A stretch of 64,000 nucleotides of DNA from Candidatus Poriferihabitaceae bacterium (GCA_965262585.1 OZ253546.1:1098547-1162546); one strand, 5' to 3'; counted from the stretch's first letter, positions 1 through 11,162 are shown. Notes: a model not told the origin generated them from the letters alone. Numbers and translations: made by a program.

Positions 1-115
1 AATGGCGGTTGAGTGGTACAACTCGGTTATTTATGGTCGATTAAAAAGTCGGCGGCAGTCCTGCCTTTGGTAAATTCGAACTTCCAAATCAAGGTATTTC
101 AGGGGGTATTTCAGC

Positions 116-1093
116 ATGAAAATCGCATTCATCGGCCTCGGCAATGTCGGCGGCAAACTGGCCGGCAGTTTATTGCGTAATGGTTTTGATTTAACGGTGC
201 GCGACTTGGATGAAGCGGCGGCGGCGGCGTTGGTGGCGAGTGGTGCGCAATTCGGAGAGTCGCCCAAAGCGATGGCGCAAGCATCAGACATAATTATTAC
301 CTGCCTGCCATCGCCGGCCGCCAGCGCGGAGGTGATGGAGGCCGAAGACGGCGTGTTGGCGGGCTTTGCGTCCGAAAAAAACTCGGCGGGGAAAATCTGG
401 CTGGAAATGAGCACCACCGACGAGGCCGAAGTGCGGCGTCTGGGGGAAAAGGTTGAATCTGCGGGCGGCATGCCGATGGATTCGCCGGTGTCCGGCGGCT
501 GCCACCGTGCCACCACCGGCAACATCGCCATTTTCGCCGGCGGTGCGCGCGCGGCGTTTGAAATGGCATTACCGGCCCTGACCGCCATGGGTCGGCGAGT
601 GCTGCACACCGGGCCACTCGGCTCCGCTTCCATCCTCAAGGTGGTCACCAACTACCTCGCCACCGCCAACCTCGTGTCCCTGTGCGAAGCGTTGGTAACC
701 TCGAAGGCGGCGGGAATGGACCTCAATACCGCCTATGAAGCGATCCGTATTTCATCGGGCAATTCCTTCGTCCACGAAACCGAGGGTCAAGTGATTCTGA
801 ACGGCAGCCGCGACATCAATTTCACCATGGATCTGGTGTGCAAGGACATCGGCCTGTTCAGTGCCGTCGCCGAGCGCGCCGGGGTGTCGCTGGAACTGGC
901 GCCGTTGCTGGTGGAAATATTCAAGGACGGTGCGAAAAAATACGGCAAACGCGAATGGTCACCCAACATCATCAAGCGTCTGGAAGAAGCCTGCAACATG
1001 GACATCCGCGCCCCCGGTTTTCCCGCGGAGATGGTTGACGACGAACCGGAAGTCTGCGGCTATGAGATTGAAATTGAACATCGGTTGGGTTGA
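116..1093 (+). CDS. NAD(P)-dependent beta-hydroxyacid dehydrogenase (3-hydroxyisobutyrate / tartronate semialdehyde reductase family)
   Basis: 325-aa ORF with the N-terminal Rossmann motif MKIAFIGLGNVGG. Length and overall pattern are typical of the 6PGDH-like NAD-binding family. Confidence 0.8.
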   Translation: MKIAFIGLGNVGGKLAGSLLRNGFDLTVRDLDEAAAAALVASGAQFGESPKAMAQASDIIITCLPSPAASAEVMEAEDGVLAGFASEKNSAGKIWLEMSTTDEAEVRRLGEKVESAGGMPMDSPVSGGCHRATTGNIAIFAGGARAAFEMALPALTAMGRRVLHTGPLGSASILKVVTNYLATANLVSLCEALVTSKAAGMDLNTAYEAIRISSGNSFVHETEGQVILNGSRDINFTMDLVCKDIGLFSAVAERAGVSLELAPLLVEIFKDGAKKYGKREWSPNIIKRLEEACNMDIRAPGFPAEMVDDEPEVCGYEIEIEHRLG

Positions 1094-1110
1094 GGGGGGC
1101 ATTGCGGTGT

Positions 1111-1177
1111 CTGTTCTTTATAAGGAGCGACTACGCCGACATTTTTATTTCTGGATTCCCGCTTACGCGGGAATGAC
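1111..1177. repeat. REP-type element (AGGAGCG.CTACGCCG...CTGGATTCCCGC-TTAC-GCGGGAATGAC), family copy 1
   Basis: Inverted repeat GGATTCCCGC/GCGGGAATGAC. About 65 bp is alignable by eye to 43381-43447. Confidence 0.8.
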
Positions 1178-1194
1178 GACGAGGAGGAATCGAT

Positions 1195-1626
1195 ATGAAT
1201 AAACCCACGACCCATGAGCCGGTGATTGCCGGTGAAGACTTGCTCGATGTTTCGTTGCGGCGTGTGGTTGCTACCGCTACTGCAGGGTTTCTTCCTTATG
1301 ACCGTTACGGCGTGGTGCGGGACGATATGGAATATTTGCCGCTTGGTGAAGCACCGGGTGGTTGCGAGATTTTTCTGATTCGGTTTAAGCCGGGTGCTGT
1401 TTCGACTCCGCATGAGCATACCGGCGGCGAGGCGTTTTATGTGCTCGAAGGCGAACTTACGGATTGCGATGGCGTGGTATTCGGTGTCGGTGACTATGTG
1501 TGCTATCAGCCCGGCAGTTGCCACTTTTCGAGGTCGGAAAAAGGCTGCACACTGCTAACCATTCTCGGTGGCCGCAATGCGCCACTGGGCAAAACAATCA
1601 GCGCCGATGAGGTGCCATCGCGATAA
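1195..1626 (+). CDS. Cupin-domain protein
   Basis: 143-aa ORF with the cupin motifs PHEHTGGEAFYVLEGEL and GDYVCYQPGSCH. A GAGGAGG RBS lies upstream. Confidence 0.7.
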   Translation: MNKPTTHEPVIAGEDLLDVSLRRVVATATAGFLPYDRYGVVRDDMEYLPLGEAPGGCEIFLIRFKPGAVSTPHEHTGGEAFYVLEGELTDCDGVVFGVGDYVCYQPGSCHFSRSEKGCTLLTILGGRNAPLGKTISADEVPSR

Positions 1627-2086
1627 ACAGGGACAACAAAACCAGCCCCGCCAACCACACCAAACTCCAGCCCGGCATGGTCAGCCCCAGCAACGTCCAC
1701 TGAACCTCGGCGCATTCACCGGAGCCGCGCAAAATTAGATCGAGGGCTTTTTGCAGCGGGAACGCCTCCAGCATGAAAGTCAACCCGGGCCCGCATTCCG
1801 GCACCTGTCCGGGCGGCAGGCTCTGCAACCACACATGGCGGGCGGCGACTGCCACGCCGAGTAGCGCAGTTATGCACGCCAACGCCCCATATATCCGCCG
1901 CCCCCAGCCTCGCGGGTTGTGTAAAAACCCAAGCGCGAGAATTATCCCCACGGCCATGAACGCCACTCGCTGGAGTATGCACAACGGACACGGCTCCAAT
2001 CCCACCGCATATTGAAAATAAAGCGCCGTTGCGATCAAGGCGGCGCACAGCAAAAAACCGGCAAGAAAAATAATTCGATAGGTCAT
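1598..2086 (-). CDS. dsbB: Disulfide bond formation protein B
   Basis: Multi-TM ORF with the DsbB signature LEPCPLCILQR and a second Cys pair (PECGP). The ATG at 2086 is preferred over the TTG at 2110 used by the ORF track. Confidence 0.85.
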   Translation of the reverse strand: MTYRIIFLAGFLLCAALIATALYFQYAVGLEPCPLCILQRVAFMAVGIILALGFLHNPRGWGRRIYGALACITALLGVAVAARHVWLQSLPPGQVPECGPGLTFMLEAFPLQKALDLILRGSGECAEVQWTLLGLTMPGWSLVWLAGLVLLSLFIAMAPHRR

Positions 2087-2178
2087 GGTTGGTAGGTCGC
2101 TAAGAAACAAAATCGGTTGAGATATTTTGTGAACGATTTGCTATTGTATGATTTTTGGAAGCGCGAGGGTTATATTCC

Positions 2179-3042
2179 ATGCATATTGCACGACGCGAAC
2201 GAGAACGATTAAAAACACAAGGCTTCACGGCAAATTCGGCACATTTTGAGTGGCTTTGCAACGCCAACAAAGACCGAGTTGGTATTGTTTGCGAGGGCGA
2301 TTCATGGTTTGCGTATCCTCGAAAATATCTGTTTGCCGGTCGGAATTCCAACATCGTCGACCACTTAATAGATTTGGCGAAAAACAAAGCCAATATTCTA
2401 ACGCTATCCTCCAGCGGAGACGAAGCGGTAACCATGATTTCGGGGCGACAAAAACATAACCTAGCGCGAATCCTGAAAAAACACCGCAACCATATCGATT
2501 TTCTTCTGTTTTCGGGCGGCGGCAACGACGTGGTGGGGAAATGGGATCTGGAACGCCTGATTGTCGAGTCCACACAACAGACTTCTGCTGATAGGTATAT
2601 CAATCACGAAGCACTTGCAAGGAAATTGCAACGCATCCGGCTGGCGTATGAAGAACTTATAGAACTCCGCAATGTATATTCGCCCAACACACACATCGTT
2701 ACGCACACCTACGACATGGCTGCGCCTTCCGGTAAAAAAGGAAAGTTTTTATGGGGGCTGGTTAAAACCGGGCCATGGATTCGTTATTACTTGGAAGAAA
2801 AAGGTATCCCTAAAAAATATCACCAGAAAATTGTGGAACATTTGTTAACAAAATTGAGAGAGGTGTTGCTAACTCTGGGAATGGAAAAAGAGAAATTTTA
2901 TGTCGTAGATACGCAGGGCACCTTGACGGTGGGAGATGATGCAGACTGGCGTGATGAGATGCACCCAACACCGGCGGGTTTTGGAAAAATTACCGAAAAA
3001 ATCTATACGGAAATGAAAGGTTTGGATGGAAGGTTGAAATAA
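2179..3042 (+). CDS. SGNH/GDSL-type hydrolase family protein
   Basis: Block I CEGDSWF, block GGGND, and C-terminal DEMHPTPAGF (the D-x-x-H catalytic block). The region is lower in GC than its neighbours. The ATG at 2179 is preferred over the TTG at 2155. Confidence 0.6.
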   Translation: MHIARRERERLKTQGFTANSAHFEWLCNANKDRVGIVCEGDSWFAYPRKYLFAGRNSNIVDHLIDLAKNKANILTLSSSGDEAVTMISGRQKHNLARILKKHRNHIDFLLFSGGGNDVVGKWDLERLIVESTQQTSADRYINHEALARKLQRIRLAYEELIELRNVYSPNTHIVTHTYDMAAPSGKKGKFLWGLVKTGPWIRYYLEEKGIPKKYHQKIVEHLLTKLREVLLTLGMEKEKFYVVDTQGTLTVGDDADWRDEMHPTPAGFGKITEKIYTEMKGLDGRLK

Positions 3043-3060
3043 CAAAATTCGTAGCGCGCC

Positions 3061-3789
3061 CTACTCCGCATCCAAACAAACCGGCACTTCACAGCCCGCT
3101 TCGACGCCGGTTTTGGTGTGGCGGATACGCACCACGATGATTTCCACGCCGTTTTTCCGTACCCGCGTGAGGGTCTCGGCATAAGCCGGATCGATGTCCG
3201 CGGCGGCGCGAAAACAGACGCCTTCGGGGCGGTTGGCGGCGAACACCAACACGCCGCGATGGCCCTGACTGACGGCGTGTTCCAACAGTTCCAAGTGCTT
3301 TCGGCCACGCGAAGTCACCGCGTCTGGGAAGCAGATATGCGCGCCGTCAATGAGGGTGGTGTTTTTGATTTCCACATAGCAATCTGCGCGGGCGGTATTT
3401 TGCAAGAGCAAGTCGAAGCGGGAATTGGCCCATTCCGATGGCAAGCCGGGCGCGTGGTAGCGAGGTTCTTTGCGGATTTGTTCATAGCCGCGCAACGCCG
3501 CGATGCGCCCACCGGCGACGAAATCGGCGATGATGTGATTGACGCGGGCGGTGTTAACCCCCACCCAACCGGCACCCATGTCCACGCGCTCCAGCGTCCA
3601 GCGCAATTTGCGTTTGGGATTATCGGCGGCACTCAACTGCACCGGCGCACCGGGCGTCCAGCAATTTGTCATGGCGCCGGTATTGGGGCAATGGGCAGTA
3701 ACAACTTCGCCGCCCGCCAGTTCCACATCGGCAAGGAAACGCTTATACCGGATGATGATCCGGCCGTCCGTCAAGGGTGGAAATTTCAC
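3061..3789 (-). CDS. sfsA: Sugar fermentation stimulation protein SfsA (DNA-binding/nuclease-fold)
   Basis: The N-terminus RYKRFLADVEL...HCPNTGAM is characteristic of SfsA. GTG start. Confidence 0.9.
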   Translation of the reverse strand: MKFPPLTDGRIIIRYKRFLADVELAGGEVVTAHCPNTGAMTNCWTPGAPVQLSAADNPKRKLRWTLERVDMGAGWVGVNTARVNHIIADFVAGGRIAALRGYEQIRKEPRYHAPGLPSEWANSRFDLLLQNTARADCYVEIKNTTLIDGAHICFPDAVTSRGRKHLELLEHAVSQGHRGVLVFAANRPEGVCFRAAADIDPAYAETLTRVRKNGVEIIVVRIRHTKTGVEAGCEVPVCLDAE

Positions 3790-3880
3790 GCAATAAACCG
3801 GTTGTCAATGGTGTGTGGTAGGGATGATACGCGTAAACCACGGGTTATGGTTGCGGTTGCGCTAGGTGCTCCTCTCGCGC

Positions 3881-5341
3881 CTAGCGCAACCCCTCATACA
3901 CCCACTGCAATACCCCGTCCTGCACCGCATTTCCATTCTCGAAGTTAACTCGCCGCGAGTCGATAATCATTACCACTCCATAATGGCGGTTGTCGCGGGC
4001 GTGAACATATCCCGCCATGCTGCGCACTCCGTCTATTCGTCCGGTTTTGATGCGGGCGCGGCCGTGTAAATGGCTGTCGCGCAGGCGCGTGCGCATGGTG
4101 CCGTCGATGGCGGCGAGTGGTAGCGATGACACGAATTCGGGGCGGTAGGTGCTGTCCCAGCCGTGCTTCAATAACGCCCACAAGCCGTCCGCCGAAAGGC
4201 GGCTTTTGCGCGATAGGCCGGCGCCGTTTTCCATCACCAGCGCGGGCATGGCGATGCCATTGGCGGCCAACCAATCCCGCAGCGCGCGGATTCCCGATGC
4301 CACGCTGCCCGGTTCGCCATTTGCTTCTGCGCCGACCGTTAGCAGCAGTTGGCGGGACATGAGGTTGTTGCTGAATTTGTTGATGCCGGTGATGGTGTCG
4401 GCGAGGGGTTGGGAGTGGTGAGTCAGCAACAGCCGCGCGCTTTCGGGGGCTTTTCCGATGCGGTATCCGCCCTCCAGTTGTCCGCCCAGGGCGCGCCACA
4501 ACGCGGTGAACAGGCGGTGGGTGTATTCGTGATTGGGCAGGATGCTGCGGGAAAATGAATAGGTTCCGCATTTGGTTTGGTAGACGCCGCTAAAACGCAC
4601 GGTCAAGTTTTTGTCGGCGCGCGCGATGTGGTATCGCCAACCGCCCCGGGGATGCGCGCACTTCCCGGCACCGGCTTTGATTTCGGTGACGATCTTTAAC
4701 CCGGCAAGCGGTGGTTCGACGCGCACGCGGATTTGCCCGTAGTCGGGTTCGATGACAAAACGGCTCGCGGAAAAGTTAACCAACGCCGCATCGGGGCCGA
4801 CGTTATAAATCCGCTCGCCACGGCCGTCGAAGGCGTCTCGGTCATGCGCTTCCAGACTAAAACGAGAGTTGTCGATTACCAACCGACCGGCGATGGTTTT
4901 CAAGCCGCGCTGTCTGAGTGCCAGTGCTTGGCCGAGCATTTGTTCCACGGTGATAAACGGGTCGCCGCCGCCCCGCAAAATTAAATCCCCGCGCAACACG
5001 CCGTCTTCGATAACCCCGTCGGCGAGGTAGGCGGTTTGCCATTGATAGCCGGGGCCGAGCAGTTCCAGGGCTGCCAGCGTGGTTAGCAATTTGATTGTCG
5101 AAGCCGGGTTGCGGGAAACCCCGGCGTTGAATCTCAATAGCGGCGCATCGCCGTCCATCTCCCGCACCACAAAACTTACCGCCGAGGCCGGGATGCGATG
5201 TTTATCCAGCAACTGCGCGATGGCATCGGGAAGCGCATCATCGGCGCGCGCGCCCGGAAGTAGGCCGACAAGTAGGCCCACAAATAACCCGGCGAACAAG
5301 GTGGCGCGGAGTAAAACCCGCCGGTAACTTGAACCGGTCAT
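3881..5341 (-). CDS. dacB: D-alanyl-D-alanine carboxypeptidase/endopeptidase (PBP4 family)
   Basis: Signal peptide, active-site SxxK (STIKLLT), and PBP4-typical length and C-terminal motifs (KTG: IKTGRIDGV). ATG at 5341. Confidence 0.9.
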   Translation of the reverse strand: MTGSSYRRVLLRATLFAGLFVGLLVGLLPGARADDALPDAIAQLLDKHRIPASAVSFVVREMDGDAPLLRFNAGVSRNPASTIKLLTTLAALELLGPGYQWQTAYLADGVIEDGVLRGDLILRGGGDPFITVEQMLGQALALRQRGLKTIAGRLVIDNSRFSLEAHDRDAFDGRGERIYNVGPDAALVNFSASRFVIEPDYGQIRVRVEPPLAGLKIVTEIKAGAGKCAHPRGGWRYHIARADKNLTVRFSGVYQTKCGTYSFSRSILPNHEYTHRLFTALWRALGGQLEGGYRIGKAPESARLLLTHHSQPLADTITGINKFSNNLMSRQLLLTVGAEANGEPGSVASGIRALRDWLAANGIAMPALVMENGAGLSRKSRLSADGLWALLKHGWDSTYRPEFVSSLPLAAIDGTMRTRLRDSHLHGRARIKTGRIDGVRSMAGYVHARDNRHYGVVMIIDSRRVNFENGNAVQDGVLQWVYEGLR

Positions 5342-5454
5342 TTGCAACTGGCGCGTGGCGTTTTGCTTTTATTCATTTGATCCTGCCCGGCGGATGTTGG
5401 TGATATAATTCGGCTATCTGATGTGGTGGACCGATGTAACAGACATTCTACGCA

Positions 5455-5799
5455 ATGGCCAAGAAAAAAAGCATTTACAAAATTCAATTCCAATGCCGTG
5501 GGCAGTTGTATGAATTGTATGCCCGCGAAGTATCGCAAAGCAGTTGGTATGGGTTCATCGAAATAGCCGATATTATCTTCGGGGAAAAATCAAAACTGGT
5601 GGTGGATCCTTCCGAGGAACGCTTGAAAACGGAATTTAGTCAGGTCACTCGCACCTATGTGCCGTTGCATTCGGTGGTGCGCATCGATGAGGTGGACAAG
5701 GAAGGCGTCAACAAGATCATCGACAAGCCCGCCACCGACCGCAGCGACAGCAATATCAAGCCGTTCCCGATGCCGCCGTTGCAACCGAAGAACGACTAG
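5455..5799 (+). CDS. DUF1820-family conserved protein
   Basis: The pattern YKIQFQCRGQLYELYAREV...WGFIEI...LVVDPSEERLKTEF matches what I recall for DUF1820 proteins. Confidence 0.6.
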   Translation: MAKKKSIYKIQFQCRGQLYELYAREVSQSSWYGFIEIADIIFGEKSKLVVDPSEERLKTEFSQVTRTYVPLHSVVRIDEVDKEGVNKIIDKPATDRSDSNIKPFPMPPLQPKND

Positions 5800-5813
5800 T
5801 TCGAAAATCCCCG

Positions 5814-6446
5814 CTATCCGCACCGAACGCCGGTGCCGCCCAACCCGCAATAGCCGCCCGGATTCTTCGCCAGATATTGCTGGTGAACTTCTTCGGCGTA
5901 ATAAAACACCGGTGCCGGCAAGATTTCCGTGGTAATCGCACCGTGACCGGCGGCGCTGAGTTTGGCTTGATAATCCGCTTTGGATTGCTCCGCCAGTTTC
6001 AACTGCTCGGCATCGCTGGCATAAATGGCGGAGCGGTATTGGGTGCCGTGGTCGTTGCCCTGACGCATGCCCTGGGTCGGGTTGTGGGATTCCCAAAACA
6101 CGCGCAGTAGTTCCCGGTAAGGGGTTTGCCCGGCGTCATACACCACCAGCAACGCTTCGGTGTGACCGCTTTGGCCACTGCAAACTTCTTCGTAGGTGGG
6201 GTTGGGGGTGTGTCCCCCGGCGTAACCGACTGCGGTGGTATGAACGCCGGGCAACTGCCAGTAGATTCGCTCCGCTCCCCAGAAACAACCGAGGCCAAAC
6301 ACTGCGCACTCCAGCCCTTCGGCGAATGGCCCGCGAAGCGGATGGCCGGTGACGAAATGCCGGTTGGTGAGCGGCATTTCGGTTTCCCGGCCCGGCAACG
6401 CATCACCGGCACCGGGAATGGCGGAAGGTTTAGAGCGAAAAAACAT
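5814..6446 (-). CDS. msrA: Peptide-methionine (S)-S-oxide reductase
   Basis: Active-site motif GLGCFWGAE; the rest matches MsrA. Confidence 0.92.
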   Translation of the reverse strand: MFFRSKPSAIPGAGDALPGRETEMPLTNRHFVTGHPLRGPFAEGLECAVFGLGCFWGAERIYWQLPGVHTTAVGYAGGHTPNPTYEEVCSGQSGHTEALLVVYDAGQTPYRELLRVFWESHNPTQGMRQGNDHGTQYRSAIYASDAEQLKLAEQSKADYQAKLSAAGHGAITTEILPAPVFYYAEEVHQQYLAKNPGGYCGLGGTGVRCG

Positions 6447-6479
6447 TACGCTTCATCGCCACAATCGGTTGGCTTGGGT

Positions 6480-7079
6480 TTAATATGTAAAGGAAAACGG
6501 AAACGCCAGACCGTGTCCGTAACCGATCATGCACATAACCATCGGAATGGACAGCAGCGTGTTGGTTCTCGAGGCGATGAAAGCGATGGCCTTGGCGCGG
6601 GCTTTTTCTTCATCGGTTGCGGCTACGATGCCGAGCAGTTTTTTCTGGTTGGGCCAGATCAACCCCCAGACATTGAGCAACATGATAGTGCCGAGCCACG
6701 CGCCGACTCCGATGACGGTAACGCCGCCAGTGGCAAAAAAGTTCGCCGCAAAACCACCGACATACTCCAACGCCGCCGCGCCGGTAACCCAAGTCGCCAC
6801 CGAAGCCCAGCGAAACCACCACAAGGCACGCGGAGCCACATACTTGGAAATCGCGGCGGGCCCGGGGCCATCACTATCCGCAGCGGCATCGGCAACCGCC
6901 GGTACTTGCACGAAGTTAAAGTAATACAGCAAGCCAATCCAAGTAATACCGGCAAGCACATGCAACCACACCACCAACGACCAAACGAGCGCAGGCGGAG
7001 GATTGAGAAAATACGCGATGATAAGCGCAACTACAAAGCCATAGATGATGGTTCCGGGAACAGTTTTTAGTGGATTCAT
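6480..7079 (-). CDS. Integral membrane protein (resembles the TM domain of PuuD-type urate hydroxylases; function uncertain)
   Basis: Multiple hydrophobic helices. The segment LHVLAGITWIGLLYYFNFVQ resembles the conserved helix of that family. ATG at 7079. Confidence 0.45.
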   Translation of the reverse strand: MNPLKTVPGTIIYGFVVALIIAYFLNPPPALVWSLVVWLHVLAGITWIGLLYYFNFVQVPAVADAAADSDGPGPAAISKYVAPRALWWFRWASVATWVTGAAALEYVGGFAANFFATGGVTVIGVGAWLGTIMLLNVWGLIWPNQKKLLGIVAATDEEKARAKAIAFIASRTNTLLSIPMVMCMIGYGHGLAFPFSFTY

Positions 7080-7275
7080 TGGTTTTTCCGGTGAGTATGA
7101 GGATGGGGGTAGCATAGCAGTAGGGTGGGGGTTATTGCAAATACTGTGTGGGGGGATTGGGGGGTGCAGTGCCGGTTCTTAGTGATGGGCGGCTTGCGCC
7201 GCAATTTCCATAAATAATCCATTCCTCGGCTTGCGCGTTGCCGGGCTGTTTGTCGCTATGGGGTAAAATCCTGCT

Positions 7276-9084
7276 ATGGCCGGTAAAATTCCTCAGGCGT
7301 TTATCGATCAGGTGTTGAGCCGGGTCGATATTGTTGATGTTATCGACCGGCGGGTGCCGTTGATTCGCAAGGGCAAAGAACATAAGGCTTGCTGCCCGTT
7401 TCACGAAGAGAAGACGCCGTCTTTTACGGTTAGTTCCACCAAGCAGTTTTATCATTGCTTCGGTTGTGGCGTTCACGGAACCGCCATTGGGTTTCTTATG
7501 GATTACGCCAACTTGGGGTTTGTCGAGGCGGTGGAGGAATTGGCGGAAGGCGCGGGGTTGAGTATGCCGCAGGCCGGGCAGGTGGGTGGCTACGCTGCTT
7601 CCGATGGAGATTCTCCGGGGCCGCTTTTGGCTATCGTTGAAGAAGCCAATGGCTGGTTCCAGCAGCAACTGCGCACCCATCCCGAAGCGAAGCAGGCCAT
7701 CGCCTACCTCAAGGGGCGCGGGCTCGACGGGCGCATCGCCGCGGAATTTGGCATCGGCTACGCCCCGGAGGGCTGGGACAATCTCGCCCGCGCCCTCGGT
7801 GATGGCAAAACCCGCCAACAGCAATTACTGAAAGCGGGGCTGGTGGCACAACGCGACCAAGCGGATGACAAGCAAGCGCGTGAATCCGGCATATACGACC
7901 GCTTCCGCCAGCGGGTAATTTTTCCCATTGAAGATCATCGTGGCCGGGTGGTGGCGTTCGGCGGGCGCATCCTCGACAGCGGCGAACCGAAATACTTGAA
8001 CTCCCCGGAAACCCCGCTGTTTCACAAAGGCGCGGAACTCTACGGCTTGCACCGGGCGCGGCGAGAGATTGGCCTTCAGGGTCGCAGTCTGGTGGTGGAG
8101 GGTTATATGGATGTGGTGAGCCTCGCCCAGTTTGGCGTCAACAATGCGGTCGCCACCCTCGGCACCGCCACCACGCGCACCCATGTGCAGCGGCTGTTTC
8201 GGTTGGCACCGGAAATCGTATTTTGTTTTGACGGCGACCGCGCCGGCCGTGATGCGGCGTGGAAGGCGTTGCAATCTGCGTTGCCGGAAACCCACGATGG
8301 CCGCCAACTTGGCTTCTTGTTCCTGCCCGAAGGCGAAGACCCGGACAGCGTGGTGCGCGCCGAAAAACAAGAAGGATTTAGCAAGCGGGTTGCCGAGGCG
8401 CTTACGCTGGAGGATTTTTTGTTCGATTCCCTGATTGCGCAAGTGGACATGGAGCGCATGGACGGGCGCGCGCGGCTGGTGACGCTGGCGAAACCACTGC
8501 TCGAGCAATTACCCCACGGGGCACTGCGCGAGATGATGTTCACTCGTTTGTCCTCGGTGAGCGGCTTGTCCACGGAGCAACTTGGGAAAAATCAAGAGCC
8601 ACGGATGCGCCAGCGTCCTGGGCAAAGAAAATCTCCCGAACAAGGGCAAATCTCTCCCCTCGCTCTGGCCACCAGCATGCTCCTGCAAACTCCGGGGTTG
8701 GCGGCTTTGTTTCCCGACCTCAAGCCCCTGCGACAACTGGATATACGCGGCGCGGATATTCTGCTGGGGCTGCTCGAAAAAATCGCCGAAGATCCCGACA
8801 TCACCACCGCTCGCCTGCTCGAATCTTTTCGCGACCATTCATCCCATAAGCACCTTGAAAAACTGGCCGCGCGCCTCAATTTTATTGACCACGGGGCGTT
8901 GGACGCTCAGTTCACCGAGATCCTCGCCCATTTGCTGGAAAATCATGCCGAGCAGCATCGCTTATCGCTCATCGAGAAACTTCGGCAGCGTCCGGCGGCG
9001 GCGGAGGAACAGGCACTGAAACAGGAAATGAAGGCGTTGCTGGAGGCCCGAAAGGACGCTTTCAAGCCCCCCGCCGGTGATTGA
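7276..9084 (+). CDS. dnaG: DNA primase
   Basis: Zinc-ribbon CCPFHEEKTPSFTV...YHCFGCG and a TOPRIM region (VVEGYMDV...FDGDRAGR). Sits directly upstream of rpoD. Confidence 0.96.
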   Translation: MAGKIPQAFIDQVLSRVDIVDVIDRRVPLIRKGKEHKACCPFHEEKTPSFTVSSTKQFYHCFGCGVHGTAIGFLMDYANLGFVEAVEELAEGAGLSMPQAGQVGGYAASDGDSPGPLLAIVEEANGWFQQQLRTHPEAKQAIAYLKGRGLDGRIAAEFGIGYAPEGWDNLARALGDGKTRQQQLLKAGLVAQRDQADDKQARESGIYDRFRQRVIFPIEDHRGRVVAFGGRILDSGEPKYLNSPETPLFHKGAELYGLHRARREIGLQGRSLVVEGYMDVVSLAQFGVNNAVATLGTATTRTHVQRLFRLAPEIVFCFDGDRAGRDAAWKALQSALPETHDGRQLGFLFLPEGEDPDSVVRAEKQEGFSKRVAEALTLEDFLFDSLIAQVDMERMDGRARLVTLAKPLLEQLPHGALREMMFTRLSSVSGLSTEQLGKNQEPRMRQRPGQRKSPEQGQISPLALATSMLLQTPGLAALFPDLKPLRQLDIRGADILLGLLEKIAEDPDITTARLLESFRDHSSHKHLEKLAARLNFIDHGALDAQFTEILAHLLENHAEQHRLSLIEKLRQRPAAAEEQALKQEMKALLEARKDAFKPPAGD

Positions 9085-9161
9085 AAGCGGCGGCGGCGTG
9101 ATATAATCCGCGATCGCGTTTTTCGCGCCGGGCACTCATTACTTGAACTGCGAACACTTAT

Positions 9162-11060
9162 ATGACCACTAAAACACAACCCTCCCCCCGCAGCAAAGCC
9201 GTCAAAGCGGTCAAACCTGTCAAAGCAGTCGAAGCCGAGGTGGTGGGGAAAGAACCCAGCAAACAGCCGCAGTCCGACCTCAAAAAATTGGTACTCAAGG
9301 GCAAGGCGCAGGGGTTTTTGACCTACGCGGAAATCAACGACCATCTGCCGGAGAACATGCACGACGCCGACCAGATCGAGGTGGTGGTCAACATGATTAA
9401 CGATATGGGCATCGAGGTGGTGGACAAAGCCCCCGACATCGACAGCCTGACGCTGAAGCGGGACAACCCGGAGGACGAGGAAGTCGCCGAAGAAGTGGGC
9501 GCAGTCCTGAAAACCGCGGTGGAAAACGAGTTTGGCCGCACCACCGACCCGGTGCGTATGTATATGCGCGAGATGGGCACCGTGGAATTGCTGACCCGGG
9601 AAGATGAAATTGCCCTCGCCAAACGCATCGAAGCCGGCAATCGTCAGAGCACTCAGGCGGTGGCACTGACGCCGAGGGCGATCCGGCTGCTGTTGGATTT
9701 TGCTATCGGAATCCAGGCAAGCGAGATTAAATTGACCGACATCATCGTCGATTTCATGGAACTAAACGCGCTGGATGATGAAACAGTCGCGATCCCCGGA
9801 GGCCCCGGACAAAACGCCGCAAAAAAAGCGCAAGAGGCGCCGGGCGGTCCCGATTTGGCCGACGCCATCGCCCGTTTCAGACGCATGCGCAGAACCTGGC
9901 GGGCGTTGGAGAACGCTTGGCAAAAGTACGGTTTCGAAAGCAAACAAGCACTCAAAAACCGCAAAAAACTGGGCGATGAATTCCTGCAGATGAAATTCGT
10001 CCCGGCACGGCTTGAAGTGCTGGCGACTACCCTGCGCGACAGCATGGATGAGGTGCGCCAACACGAACGTCAGATTGCCAAATATTGTGTCACCTACGGC
10101 AAAGCGCCGCGCAAACTATTCCTTCAGTTCTTCAACGCCTATGAAACCGACTCCCATTGGTTCGACAACCTGCTCGCCGCTGGTGTCGATGACGCCGAGC
10201 GACTGGAACGCCACCGCGATACCGTTGGCGAGAGTTTCCGGCAACTGCTGGAATGCCGACACAAAACGGGCCTCGGAATTAACCAACTCAAAGAATTGAG
10301 CCGCGAAGCCCGCGAAGGCGAAGTGAAAGCCCGCCGTGCCAAGAAGGAAATGGTCGAAGCCAACCTGCGGCTGGTGATCTCCATCGCCAAAAAATACACC
10401 AACCGAGGCTTGCAGTTCCTCGACCTGATTCAGGAAGGCAATATTGGCCTGATGAAGGCCGTGGACAAGTTTGAATACCGCCGTGGGTATAAGTTTTCGA
10501 CCTATGCCACATGGTGGATTCGTCAGGCAATCACGCGCTCCATCGCCGACCAGGCGAAGACCATCCGCATCCCCGTACACATGATCGAGACCATCAATAA
10601 GTTGAACCGCGTGTCGCGCCAGATTCTGCAGGAAAAAGGCCGCGAGGCGTTGCCCGATGAACTCGCCGAAAAAATGGAAATGCCCGAAGAGAAAGTGCGC
10701 AAGGTGCTGAAAATTGCCAAAGAGCCGATTTCCATGGAAATGCCCATTGGCGATGACGAAGACTCCCATCTTGGGGATTTTATCGAAGACAAAAACATCA
10801 AAGAACCCATCAGCATCGCCACCAGTTCCGGCCTCAAGAGCGCCACTCAGGAAGTCCTCAGTTCGCTCACCGACCGCGAAGCTAAGGTCTTGCAAATGCG
10901 CTTCGGCATCGGTATGAACACCGACCACACGCTGGAAGAAGTCGGCAAACAATTCGACGTCACCCGCGAACGCATCCGGCAGATAGAAGCCAAAGCCCTG
11001 CGCAAACTGCGCCACCCCAGTCGTTCCGACCACCTGCGCAGTTTTCTCGACAATACCTGA
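9162..11060 (+). CDS. rpoD: RNA polymerase sigma-70 factor RpoD
   Basis: 632 aa. Contains regions 1.1 and 1.2 ([11 protein letters not shown]), region 2 ([59 protein letters not shown]) and region 4. Confidence 0.98.
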   Translation: MTTKTQPSPRSKAVKAVKPVKAVEAEVVGKEPSKQPQSDLKKLVLKGKAQGFLTYAEINDHLPENMHDADQIEVVVNMINDMGIEVVDKAPDIDSLTLKRDNPEDEEVAEEVGAVLKTAVENEFGRTTDPVRMYMREMGTVELLTREDEIALAKRIEAGNRQSTQAVALTPRAIRLLLDFAIGIQASEIKLTDIIVDFMELNALDDETVAIPGGPGQNAAKKAQEAPGGPDLADAIARFRRMRRTWRALENAWQKYGFESKQALKNRKKLGDEFLQMKFVPARLEVLATTLRDSMDEVRQHERQIAKYCVTYGKAPRKLFLQFFNAYETDSHWFDNLLAAGVDDAERLERHRDTVGESFRQLLECRHKTGLGINQLKELSREAREGEVKARRAKKEMVEANLRLVISIAKKYTNRGLQFLDLIQEGNIGLMKAVDKFEYRRGYKFSTYATWWIRQAITRSIADQAKTIRIPVHMIETINKLNRVSRQILQEKGREALPDELAEKMEMPEEKVRKVLKIAKEPISMEMPIGDDEDSHLGDFIEDKNIKEPISIATSSGLKSATQEVLSSLTDREAKVLQMRFGIGMNTDHTLEEVGKQFDVTRERIRQIEAKALRKLRHPSRSDHLRSFLDNT

Positions 11061-11085
11061 ACGGCGGCAGTTGCCGACACGCATC

Positions 11086-11162
<77 letters not shown>

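Noticed and set aside
3118-7824. Long plus- and minus-strand ORFs at 3118-3948, 3945-4571, 6126-7070 and 7132-7824
   Set aside because: All are antisense to, or out of frame with, recognisable genes (sfsA, dacB, msrA/membrane protein, dnaG) and have shadow-ORF composition.
10116-11084. 322-aa minus-strand ORF
   Set aside because: Antisense to rpoD; shadow ORF.
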